Both the position numbers and the translations under genes were made by a program. A DNA stretch of 64,000 nucleotides from an uncultured Planctomycetaceae bacterium (GTDB lineage Bacteria > Planctomycetota > UBA1135 > GCA-002686595), in NCBI GenBank assembly GCA_964467985.1, contig CAYXTP010000004.1, positions 152,874-216,873 of the forward strand. The letters are read 5' to 3'. Positions 56,231-64,000 of the stretch are shown in pieces. The notes beneath the pieces are model-generated. The model had not been told where the DNA came from, made no database searches, and saw only the letters and a list, made by a program, of their open reading frames with translations. How positions within the stretch are numbered: the first letter of the stretch is position 1; each line of letters starts with the position of its first letter.

Positions 56231-59200
56231 CTAGTCCGGAAGTACTCGCACCCAGAAATTGTCGATCCCATCCACTTGATCCAGAATCGTGCGCGGGGAA
56301 TCACCGGGCTGGCGCGTGTTGTCGAACACGATCACAAAGCGCATCAGGTTGGGCGGCGGCTGGAACGAATTCAGTAGCGCCGGGTGATCTACCCAAGGGG
56401 TGACCGAACCGGGCACGATAGACGTGGTCGGGTCGTTCAGGTCGAGATTGCAGTAGTCTTCCACCCCGGTCGTGCGTGCGCCCTGGAAGCGAACCACGAT
56501 GGGAGCCGCCGCTAGGGTTCCGCCTTCCGTGCCCAGGGTCTTCCCGAATGTGTTTTCCCAGGATTGCATGAAGAAGCCGTTGCTGCCCCTGAAAGGAATG
56601 GTCACTTGGGGTTGCCCCACCGGACGATACAACAGGTCCATGTTCCAGCCCATCTGGGCGGCGCTGCCTGTGTCTGAATCGGCTTCATCCTGCACGAAGA
56701 ACATGGAGAAGACCGAACTCGATGGCGTCAGCCAACAAGAAGAGGAAGCGCTGATCGCATCCGGACGATGATTCGAAAGAACCCACCCGGGGCCATCAAG
56801 GGGGTTCTGACCGTCGTCGACACTGAGCCAAGACAACGAGTTGTCGCTCGGATCAAAGGGCAAGACGGATGGAGCCGCTAGTGCACGGCTCAGACCAGCG
56901 AGGTCCTCAATCCGAACCAGTCCAGCACCGCCAGCACCGCCAAGGGAGTTGGCCCAGCTCTTGGCCGTTCCACCAATGCCTCCTGACACGTCAATCGTTC
57001 CGGGGTTGGGCGAAAGGTCGACCACAATGCTTTGCAGCTTCACGGCGCCTCCCGAACCACCACCACCGGGGGTCGCGAACTTGCCGTAGTCCACGCTGCA
57101 GAACGGCGGTGGAATGGGGTTGCGCGGCTCGCCGCCCCGACTTCCGCTCGCGTCAATCGAACCGTCCAAAGTGATGCGCTTCCCAGAAGTCAAGTGCAGG
57201 GCACCGCCACCGAAGCCGCCGCGTGCTCCTGAGTGATCCACCCAGGCGTGGAAGTTGGAAAGAGGCCCTACGCACGCATCTAGTTTCGTGCCGTTGTGCC
57301 CATCGGCCCAGGTTCCAAACGGGTGGCCGCCGCCCCCGCCCCCGCCTGATCCACCGCGCAGGTCACCCTTGAACCAGCGTAGCTGGCGACTGTCGTAGCC
57401 CGCGTTGTCCTCCGCAGGAGCCTCAAGCCCCACTTCGGAGGGGTCGCCGCCAGGGGTGTCGGCGGCATTGTTGGTCACGCCAGGAAAGTCCGATGTCGGG
57501 AAGACCGAGGAAGCCACGCCCACGCCGCCCGCGGTCGCATACGAACCGCCCGAACCTGAACCGCCCACCATCATGCTGCGGCACTGAGTGTCGAGAGTGA
57601 TCGGATCGAAGAGGGTGCTTACGTTGAACCCAACCTCCTGCGAACCGGTTGTCAACGTGTCGAGGATTGGATACCGGGTGGGGTACTTGTCCCCGCCCAA
57701 TCCGGCTCCGGCCGAGCCGACACGGCCCACGCCCATGCCCTTGTAGCCGGAGGTGTGGGGTGCGACCACAAGCACAGGGTCGTTCTCACAAGCAAGCAGA
57801 CTCACCATGGGCGAGTTGACCGACATGTCAAAGCGCGAACCACCGAAACCTCCGTCTCCTCCACCGGCCGCGTTGACGGGGGTGCCCAACTGCGCGAGCG
57901 GGTCCAGAATTGTGGAGTCGTGATCGGCCGGGATCGCCCCAGAAAGATCAATCACTGCGCCGGCCTGAATATCAATGGGACCACGCACGTAGACGCGAGC
58001 CGGGTTCAGGCCCTCAAAACGAATGGAACCGCCAGGGGCAACGACCAGTGAGTTGAATTCAAAGACTCCGTCCGTGACGGTAATTGTGTCGGGGAAGTTG
58101 CCGAGAGTGTTCGGAAAGCCGACGGGATCCGGGTTACCTAGTAGGTCGGCGACCTGATCGAGCAGGAACCCATCCGTTGTGGTCAACGGGAAAGTCTGGC
58201 CGTCAGTGTTCAGCACAAGTGTCAGGCCCGCGGGAACGAACAGGTCACCTAGTCGTCCGGAGCCTCCGCCGATGCCGGGCGCCAACCGACCGCCGCCCCA
58301 GAATGCGCCGCCACGATTGCCGTCCTCGTTGGATCCTGCAGAAGGATAGGAAACGGTGAAGTCCTCTCCGCCGGGCGGCAGAAGCGATTCTTGCAGCAAT
58401 GAAATCTCAGGGATGAACGAACGCTGCCCGCCGCCGCTCGTCACCGAATTGGACACCAGATCCTGCACGTTGGCCGGAATCGTCAGCACGATGCGACGTG
58501 AGGATGTTGGCGCGTTGGGACCCGCTGAAGGCAGGGGCAAGGAAGCATCGAAATACAGGAAGGTCTCCAGACGATCGAAGTCGACCCCAAAGCTGAAATC
58601 CCCATCCACGTCGTAACGGTCTAGGGTCGCCAGGTCTCCGTCGTCGTCCACCTCGATGGTGATGTAGGGCGCATTCTTGCTCGCGGGGTCCAGCAGGGTC
58701 GCCACGTTCATCACATCGTCAAAGAAGAAGGTGATACGCGTTTGGCGCCAGACATCTTCGATCTCGGGGGTCGATGTGACGACCACGTCGTAGTCGAACT
58801 GATTGGCGTTTCCGTTGGCGTCGTAGCCCGTGACAACATCTACCGTGGTGACAGCTGTCGGGGCGCCGGGCACGGGATCGATGATGCCCAGGCTCGTGCG
58901 AATGGTGCACTCCATCCGCGATTGGTTGACCTGACCGGACGTGCTCTGAATGAAGGGGCCGAATTCGTCCTGCGCCTTGCCCGGAATACTGATCGCGTAA
59001 GAGGCGTCCTGCTTCAGACCGAAGATCGGGTTGCCGTTCTGATCAAAAGACAGAGAGGGTCTAAAAATCAGCCGCTTGGGGTTGGTGGGATCCCCAAAAA
59101 ACTGTCCGGGGGGCGACGTGCCGTTGGCGACATCTACAACCTGGAAGGTGCTTGAGTTCACCGAGAAGAGATCGACAGGTGCTGAGAACAACAGGGCGAT

Positions 59201-59440
59201 TTCCTGGTTTTGAAATGTGTCGATGATCGAACAAGTGATCTTGTTCCCGGGCGCCCCGTTCGTGCAACCCAGCGTGCAGGTCTCCACGTAGAAGGCGCCG
59301 CCATTGGAACTGCTGCTGCCGGAGCAGCCAGCTAGGCCCAGGGCCCCGATGAAGGCCCCCGCCGCGAGGGCCTTCTGAACGGTCGTCCGCGGGGATTTCT
59401 GCAGGCCGAAGGCCCGGGTGGTGGTGCGCTCAGTTCGCAT
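56231..59440 (-). CDS. Giant lipoprotein B (1,069 aa), paralogue of 52661-55846
   Basis: Lipobox GLAGC. Same domain order, same glycine blocks, and the same 10 Cys positions as lipoprotein A. Confidence 0.85.
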   Translation of the reverse strand: MRTERTTTRAFGLQKSPRTTVQKALAAGAFIGALGLAGCSGSSSSNGGAFYVETCTLGCTNGAPGNKITCSIIDTFQNQEIALLFSAPVDLFSVNSSTFQVVDVANGTSPPGQFFGDPTNPKRLIFRPSLSFDQNGNPIFGLKQDASYAISIPGKAQDEFGPFIQSTSGQVNQSRMECTIRTSLGIIDPVPGAPTAVTTVDVVTGYDANGNANQFDYDVVVTSTPEIEDVWRQTRITFFFDDVMNVATLLDPASKNAPYITIEVDDDGDLATLDRYDVDGDFSFGVDFDRLETFLYFDASLPLPSAGPNAPTSSRRIVLTIPANVQDLVSNSVTSGGGQRSFIPEISLLQESLLPPGGEDFTVSYPSAGSNEDGNRGGAFWGGGRLAPGIGGGSGRLGDLFVPAGLTLVLNTDGQTFPLTTTDGFLLDQVADLLGNPDPVGFPNTLGNFPDTITVTDGVFEFNSLVVAPGGSIRFEGLNPARVYVRGPIDIQAGAVIDLSGAIPADHDSTILDPLAQLGTPVNAAGGGDGGFGGSRFDMSVNSPMVSLLACENDPVLVVAPHTSGYKGMGVGRVGSAGAGLGGDKYPTRYPILDTLTTGSQEVGFNVSTLFDPITLDTQCRSMMVGGSGSGGSYATAGGVGVASSVFPTSDFPGVTNNAADTPGGDPSEVGLEAPAEDNAGYDSRQLRWFKGDLRGGSGGGGGGGHPFGTWADGHNGTKLDACVGPLSNFHAWVDHSGARGGFGGGALHLTSGKRITLDGSIDASGSRGGEPRNPIPPPFCSVDYGKFATPGGGGSGGAVKLQSIVVDLSPNPGTIDVSGGIGGTAKSWANSLGGAGGAGLVRIEDLAGLSRALAAPSVLPFDPSDNSLSWLSVDDGQNPLDGPGWVLSNHRPDAISASSSCWLTPSSSVFSMFFVQDEADSDTGSAAQMGWNMDLLYRPVGQPQVTIPFRGSNGFFMQSWENTFGKTLGTEGGTLAAAPIVVRFQGARTTGVEDYCNLDLNDPTTSIVPGSVTPWVDHPALLNSFQPPPNLMRFVIVFDNTRQPGDSPRTILDQVDGIDNFWVRVLPD

Positions 59441-59523
59441 GGATATCCGTGACAGGCGTGTGGCCGGAGGAGGGCCGCTGCCGTGGCGCTGGGCGCCGGG
59501 AAAAAGGGGGCGGAAGGGGAAAA

Positions 59524-59577
59524 CTCGAGTCGAGGCCTGGGGTAGGACCTACCCGAGCAGCGAAGCAAAGTTGCTTC
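59524..59577. promoter_or_regulatory. Cluster of three short palindromes in the divergent promoter region between lipoprotein B and the helical-repeat lipoprotein gene
   Basis: Read directly: CTCGA-G-TCGAG (59524-59534), GGTAGG-A-CCTACC (59541-59553) and GAAGCAA-AG-TTGCTTC (59562-59577). A regulatory role is inferred only. Confidence 0.25.
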
Positions 59578-59732
59578 CCTGCTGGATGGCTCCTGGAAGG
59601 GCTCGTCAGGGTTCTGGGGGGGCACTATATTGCCGTCTGTGGCCCCAATGCCAAGCCCCTAGGGGAAGAGCCGAGCCACTCAAGCCACTACAGCTCCCAG
59701 TTCGCCACCAAGCCCTCCCGTGCAGCCCGCCT

Positions 59733-60719
59733 ATGCTCCCCGCTGATACCCATCCCGAGCCCGCCAAGGGGTCCCTATTCAACTTCGCCCTCGCTTGCCT
59801 CGGCTGGGCCCTGGTCCTGCTCCCCTCAACAGGTTGCGCCCCGGCAGACCCCGCCGAGGCGGGAGATTCGAGCTCACAGGACCCTGTGGCCTCCGTCGGT
59901 TCGCCGGGAGTCGGCGGTGTGCAACGAGACTCGGCGGGCATCCCCCTTTCCGCGGAGATCAGCGAGGCGGTACGCGCAGAGATCAAGGCTTTTGTAGACG
60001 CGATGATTCCACCACCTATCGAAGCGACCAGCGACCTGCACGACGACTGGCTGCAGGAGACCCGCGCCCTGCGCAAGCAGCTGGAGACCCGCGAGGAAGA
60101 AATCGGAAACGCGGCCCTGCACGCGTTCACGGGTGAAGTCAGCGATCGGACGGTGACGCGCAATGCCTTGCTGACGATCGGTGCGCGTTGCTCACCTCAG
60201 GCCGCCGCACCCCTGCTGCGCGAGTTGATGGTGACCTACGGCTACCGCTACGACGACCGCACCTCGGCTGCGGTGCTGTTGGCTGAAGTCGATCCGGAAA
60301 TGTACATGACAGCGGCCGTGGATCACCTGCGCCGGCGGAAGCGAGCCTCGAAGACGATGCCACCGGACGAATTCCTGATCCGAGGCTGGGTCACCGCCTG
60401 CGAGACTGCGGGCAAGTCTCCGGTCGACATGTTGGCGGATGTGGCCACCAACCTGATCATCGATCCGCCCGCCCGCTACGCAGCCGCCGAGGCGCTGGGC
60501 AGGTACCCTGACGTCAATCTGGGTCGTGAGGCTCTCAAGGCTTGCCTGGTGGAATCCACGGGTGACGCTTATTTGAGACGCAAGGCGGCCCAGGCCATCC
60601 GGGCCTCCTTCAACGCCGAGGAAGCCTGCTCGCTGTTCTCCTATGTCCTTACCCGGGAAGTGGATGCAACTTTTGCCATGTTCCTGGACGACATGTTGCA
60701 GCACCTCGGTTGTAAGTAA
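59733..60719 (+). CDS. Lipoprotein with a HEAT/ARM-like helical-repeat region, function unknown
   Basis: Internal ATG giving MLPADTHPEPAKGSLFNFALACLGWALVLLPSTGC (signal plus lipobox-like). Helical repeats include ARYAAAEALGRYPD and LRRKAAQAIRASF. The tracked 105-aa N-terminal extension is Arg/Gly/Trp-rich and is rejected. Confidence 0.55.
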   Translation: MLPADTHPEPAKGSLFNFALACLGWALVLLPSTGCAPADPAEAGDSSSQDPVASVGSPGVGGVQRDSAGIPLSAEISEAVRAEIKAFVDAMIPPPIEATSDLHDDWLQETRALRKQLETREEEIGNAALHAFTGEVSDRTVTRNALLTIGARCSPQAAAPLLRELMVTYGYRYDDRTSAAVLLAEVDPEMYMTAAVDHLRRRKRASKTMPPDEFLIRGWVTACETAGKSPVDMLADVATNLIIDPPARYAAAEALGRYPDVNLGREALKACLVESTGDAYLRRKAAQAIRASFNAEEACSLFSYVLTREVDATFAMFLDDMLQHLGCK

Positions 60720-60728
60720 GCTGCGACG

Positions 60729-61499
60729 ATGATCGTCGACACCCACTCGCACCTTTTCTGGAAGGACTTTGACAAAGATCGGGCCGAAGTACTCACTCGG
60801 GCGCGGGCCAATGGAGTCGAACACATACTCGTGGTCGGCACCGATGTGGACACGTCTCAGGCGGCCTGGGACCTATGCCTTGACGAACCGGGTCTGTTCC
60901 CCACGGCAGGCATCCACCCGCATGATGCACGGTCCATCGACGAGCCCGAGGCGCAGGCGCGTATCGAGGAACTGTGTCGGCGCGAGGGTTGTGTGGCCGT
61001 GGGTGAATCGGGCCTCGATTTCTTCAAGGAGTATTCACCACGCGAAGCCCAAGAGCGGGCCTTCCGCTGGCATCTTCAACTCGCGTGCGAACTGGACAAG
61101 CCGGTGATCATCCATTGCCGAGAGGCCCATGCTGCCACCCTCGCAGCCGTGCAGGAATTTCCCGGCGTGCGCGGCGTAATGCACTGCTACACCATGGGAC
61201 CCAGCGAACTCTCCGCCTACCTCGAAGCAGGCCTGTACATCTCCTTCTCGGGCGTCGTCACCTTCCCCAAGAACGAGCACAACTTGGCCGCCGCCTGCGC
61301 CGTGCCGCTAGAGCGATTACTCGTCGAAACCGATTGCCCTTTCCTGGCTCCCCAGGGCCACCGAGGCAAACGCAACGAACCCGCACACACGCGAGTCGTC
61401 CTGGAACACATTGCCGAGGCCAGAGCCATTGAGACTGAGGAGTTGGCGGAGGTGACGTCCAGCAACGCCTTCGAGCTCTTCCGACTAGCCAGCCACTAG
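60729..61499 (+). CDS. tatD: TatD-family metal-dependent hydrolase/DNase
   Basis: MIVDTHSHL, GIHPHDA, AVGESGLDF, PVIIHCREA, GVMHCYT, ISFSG and ETDCPFLAP are canonical TatD motifs. Confidence 0.9.
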   Translation: MIVDTHSHLFWKDFDKDRAEVLTRARANGVEHILVVGTDVDTSQAAWDLCLDEPGLFPTAGIHPHDARSIDEPEAQARIEELCRREGCVAVGESGLDFFKEYSPREAQERAFRWHLQLACELDKPVIIHCREAHAATLAAVQEFPGVRGVMHCYTMGPSELSAYLEAGLYISFSGVVTFPKNEHNLAAACAVPLERLLVETDCPFLAPQGHRGKRNEPAHTRVVLEHIAEARAIETEELAEVTSSNAFELFRLASH

Positions 61500-61531
61500 T
61501 CGCAGAGCACTTGGGCAGGGGACCAAAGGCA

Positions 61532-61564
61532 AGGGGCGCCGACACGCAAAGTGTCGACGCCCCT
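61532..61564. terminator. Strong hairpin between convergent tatD and the prepilin gene; likely bidirectional terminator
   Basis: AGGGGCGCCGACAC (61532-61545), a GCAAA loop, and GTGTCGACGCCCCT (61551-61564) form a 14-bp stem with one mismatch. The flanks are only weakly U-rich on both strands. Confidence 0.6.
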
Positions 61565-61588
61565 GTGTGCTAGCTGGTCCTAGGAGGA

Positions 61589-62335
61589 CTAGTTGCCGAC
61601 TGCGGTCCAGGTGTTGGTATCCACGGCGGTCTTGCCCATGATAGCCAAGCCGACTTGGTCACCCATATCGGCGGTGTCGTAGGCAGCGCTGAAGGCGGGG
61701 ACCAGGGTCGTGCCCTCGTAGCGAGCCGCAGTCACCTTGGCGTCCGTCTGAATGATGTCCATGTCCTGGTTGACGAAGAAGCAACGGTTGCCCGTCTTGC
61801 CGGCCTCTTTGGGCCAAGCGTAGGCGCACCACAGGATCTCACAGTTGGCGGAATCCGGAGCGCCACTACCGGTGGTGGCTCCACCACCTGCGGCTTCGGC
61901 AATACCGGCGATCGTTCCGCTGCTCTCGGCGGCGGGCAGGTAGATCTTGAACATGTAGCCTTGCTTCTCAACGACGCTGGTGGCGATGTTGCCAAAGGTC
62001 GTGGCCAAGAACGAGGGGGTCAGCAGTCCACCGGAGAGATCCGGGGGGTTGCCCACGCCGCCCCAGGCGCGCATGGCGTCGGAGCCGGCGAGCTCGCCGA
62101 AGTAACCGTACTCACCACCGCCATCGGCATCCGTGTCGATGGAGCAGGAAGCTTGGAATTGCTGCTGAGCAGCGGCGATCGTACGCAGGGTACCGACGGC
62201 CGCGTTCTCGTTGGCGGACAAGCGAGCACTCATCAGCTTGGGAAGAGCGACGGCTGCCACGATAGCGATAATAGCCACCACGATCATCAGTTCGATGAGC
62301 GTGAAGCCTGACTGTTTGTTGTTGCGGATTCTCAT
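61589..62335 (-). CDS. Prepilin-type N-terminal cleavage/methylation domain protein (type IV pilin / T2SS pseudopilin-like)
   Basis: MRIRNNKQSGFTLIELMIVVAIIAIVAAVALPKL is a class III signal peptide with G-1/F+1/E+5. Size is 248 aa. Confidence 0.85.
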   Translation of the reverse strand: MRIRNNKQSGFTLIELMIVVAIIAIVAAVALPKLMSARLSANENAAVGTLRTIAAAQQQFQASCSIDTDADGGGEYGYFGELAGSDAMRAWGGVGNPPDLSGGLLTPSFLATTFGNIATSVVEKQGYMFKIYLPAAESSGTIAGIAEAAGGGATTGSGAPDSANCEILWCAYAWPKEAGKTGNRCFFVNQDMDIIQTDAKVTAARYEGTTLVPAFSAAYDTADMGDQVGLAIMGKTAVDTNTWTAVGN

Positions 62336-62600
62336 CTGTGGAGTGTCCTGGTAGTGGGCGTCCCGAAGCAGAAGGCTGGGGTTCCCGTTTGACTGTTGCA
62401 GTCGGTTGGTGTGAATTTGAACTCAAGCCCCCTGATGGGAGGCCATGCTTGGGTAGTCGCCGCTGGGGGAATCCCAGCCACATTGACTTCCCCTGTTATC
62501 GACCTGCTGGGGGCTCCGCTTGAGGGCCATGAATCCTTCCCAAGTCACGTTCTCGATTCGAGGCAGGCTTCCCACCCCTTGACGCCCTTCTTGTCGGCGT

Positions 62601-63830
62601 CTACTTACCAACTTGGCCGGCCATGTCCAGAATCGGGATGAAAATGGACAGCACGACGGTGCCGACAACAAATCCCATGACGCAGATCAGCAGGGGTTCA
62701 ATCAAGGAAGTCAGTGCTTTGACCTGGGCCTTGACCTGAGCGTCGTAGAACTCAGAGATCTTCTCCAATAGCGCCTCGAGGGCACCCGTGCGTTCTCCGA
62801 TCGCAATCATGCGCACGACCATGGGAGGGAACACCGGCTCGTTAGAGAGCGGTTCCGAAAGCAGGTTGCCGTTACGCACACTCTCACGCGACTTGGTTAC
62901 GGCTCGCTCCACGACCCCGTTGCCCGCCGTGTTCCCGACGATGTCCAGGGTGGACATGATCGGTACGCCCGAACGAATGAGAGTCGAGAAGGTGCGACTA
63001 AAGCGCGCCAAGCAGACTTTTTTCATCAGCGGTCCGAAGACGGGCACCTTGAGGATCGCGCGGTCCCACAGGAGCGAGCCCCGCGGGGTACGCTTGAACA
63101 TGACAAGCAGACTGGTCAACACGGCCCCGCCCGCAATGAACATGAGTACGTTTTCGCGCAGGGTGTTCGAAAGGTTCAAGACGAACTCTGTAATAGCCGG
63201 CAGCTCCGAGCCCATGGACTCGAACACTCCCTTGAACGTGGGGACAACACCCATCATCAAGAACGCCGTAATCGCCACAACGAGAATCATGGAAATGACC
63301 GGATAGGTCATGGCCAACTTGATTTCGCGGCTAAGTGCCTCGGATTCTTCCTGGTAGTCGGCCAGCCGGGCGAGGATGACGTCCATCTGCCCGGACACTT
63401 CCCCCGCCTTGACCATGTTGATGTACAGGTGGGAGAACACCTTGGGGCAGTTCTCCATGGAATTCGACAAGTCGGAGCCGGCTCGCAGATCGGCCACCAT
63501 GCTCTCACAGCAGGCCTTCATGCCGGGGGACTCGGCCTGGTGACCCAGCACCTCGAGCGATTCAAGCAACGAGAGCCCCGCACCGACCATGGTGGACAGC
63601 TGGCGCGTAAAGATCACCAATTCACCCTTGCGGGCTGTCTTCTTGACCTTACCCCCACCTAGGCTCCAGCGCGCACTGCGCCCGGCTCCCTTGCCCGACT
63701 CACTGAGGCTCAACAGAACGAGATTCTTGCTGCGCAACTGGGCCAGAGCGTCGGCCTTGGTGGTAGCACTGATCGTGCCCTCTAGGTGTTTGCCCTCGGG
63801 ACTCTTGGCTGCGTACTTGAAGTGGTTCAC
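62601..63830 (-). CDS. Type II secretion / type IV pilus platform protein, GspF/PilC family
   Basis: Two T2SSF repeats (FTRQLSTMVGAGLSLLESLEVL and FSRTFSTLIRSGVPIMSTLDIV), three TM segments, 409 aa. Confidence 0.9.
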   Translation of the reverse strand: MNHFKYAAKSPEGKHLEGTISATTKADALAQLRSKNLVLLSLSESGKGAGRSARWSLGGGKVKKTARKGELVIFTRQLSTMVGAGLSLLESLEVLGHQAESPGMKACCESMVADLRAGSDLSNSMENCPKVFSHLYINMVKAGEVSGQMDVILARLADYQEESEALSREIKLAMTYPVISMILVVAITAFLMMGVVPTFKGVFESMGSELPAITEFVLNLSNTLRENVLMFIAGGAVLTSLLVMFKRTPRGSLLWDRAILKVPVFGPLMKKVCLARFSRTFSTLIRSGVPIMSTLDIVGNTAGNGVVERAVTKSRESVRNGNLLSEPLSNEPVFPPMVVRMIAIGERTGALEALLEKISEFYDAQVKAQVKALTSLIEPLLICVMGFVVGTVVLSIFIPILDMAGQVGK

Positions 63831-63855
63831 GGTAGATTGCTTGGAGGAATCGGGC

Positions 63856-64000
63856 TCAGTCGCCCAGGGTCACGCGCAGGACTTCTTCGAGAGCCGTCAC
63901 TCCGCGTGCGGCGTTGAGCATGCCCACGCGGCGCAGGGTGAACATGCCTTCGTCAATGGCCTGGGCTTTGAGTTCTGCTTTGGAGGCGCCTTCGATGATC
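63856..64000 (-). CDS. GspE/PilB-family secretion ATPase, C-terminal 48 codons only (5' part outside the window)
   Basis: My translation of the minus strand gives IIEGASKAELKAQAIDEGMFTLRRVGMLNAARGVTALEEVLRVTLGD*, a typical GspE/PilB C-terminus. The stop lies 25 nt upstream of the gspF-like start. Confidence 0.8.
   Translation of the reverse strand, partial: IIEGASKAELKAQAIDEGMFTLRRVGMLNAARGVTALEEVLRVTLGD

Noticed and set aside
52661-59440. Giant lipoproteins as RTX toxins, PE-PGRS-like proteins, collagen-like proteins, autotransporters, or PEP-CTERM/T9SS substrates
   Set aside because: There is no GGxGxD nonapeptide periodicity and no Gly-X-Y triplet runs. There is no C-terminal beta-barrel-length domain with an aromatic terminus. 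There is no PEP motif plus TM plus basic tail; both proteins end in …VRV[VL]PD. The Gly blocks are discrete and separated by unique sequence.
62336-62600. Sigma-54 (GG-N10-GC) or strong sigma-70 promoter upstream of the prepilin gene
   Set aside because: I scanned the minus strand of the 265-bp gap by eye. The TGGC occurrences (TGGCTGGGATTCCC, TGGCCTCCCATCAG) lack a correctly spaced GC/TTGC element, and there is no convincing -35/-10 pair. The hairpin GACGCC…GGCGTC after gspF has no U-tract. Nothing here is strong enough to annotate.
1-64000. Treating the secretin at the left edge and the pilin/GspF/GspE genes at the right edge as one apparatus
   Set aside because: They are about 59 kb apart with some 45 unrelated genes between them, and both loci run off the window. 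The link cannot be supported from this sequence alone.
1-64000. tRNA/rRNA/tmRNA genes, mobile elements, or a genomic-island signature
   Set aside because: I saw no GGTTCGAATCC-type T-arm motif or its complement in non-coding DNA. No intergenic region is large enough for rRNA. I found no transposase, integrase or recombinase-like ORFs and no flanking direct repeats. Gene content is housekeeping and envelope-related, with uniform high GC apart from a few intergenic stretches.

Overview
GC-rich (about 60-65% by eye) bacterial chromosomal segment, almost entirely coding, with about 47 supportable CDS. I found no rRNA, tRNA, CRISPR array, transposase, integrase or phage genes. The gene content suggests a Gram-negative organism, possibly PVC/planctomycete-like. 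That guess rests on a multi-CxxCH cytochrome paired with a beta-propeller dehydrogenase-like protein, a TPR-secretin, lipoproteins and FG-GAP/ASPIC proteins, and I cannot verify it. Left to right, the window holds: a 5'-truncated secretin; a HAD hydrolase; a penta-heme cytochrome c plus beta-propeller pair; and two complete five-gene Opp/Dpp-type ABC importers arranged divergently, one with greatly expanded permeases. Next come crcB; a secreted CBM + GH99/WbsX-like protein; an FG-GAP/ASPIC lipoprotein; ridA-coaD; comEC; two secreted hypotheticals; a PaaN-type aldehyde dehydrogenase; murQ; and comM. These are followed by a TolC / HlyD-adaptor / ABC ATPase / FtsX-permease efflux operon, two translationally coupled polytopic (GT-C-like) membrane proteins with a small secreted protein, and a DASS transporter with cutA. 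The last block holds proline dehydrogenase, a metallophosphoesterase with an amidohydrolase, two tandem paralogous ~1,060-aa glycine-block lipoproteins of no family I recognise, a helical-repeat lipoprotein, tatD, and a prepilin / GspF / GspE (3' partial) cluster. The best candidate for something undescribed is the giant lipoprotein pair (52661-59440) and its neighbourhood. Secondary candidates are the expanded Opp-type permeases and the coupled polytopic membrane protein pair. All functional calls come from motif recognition by eye, with no database search run.
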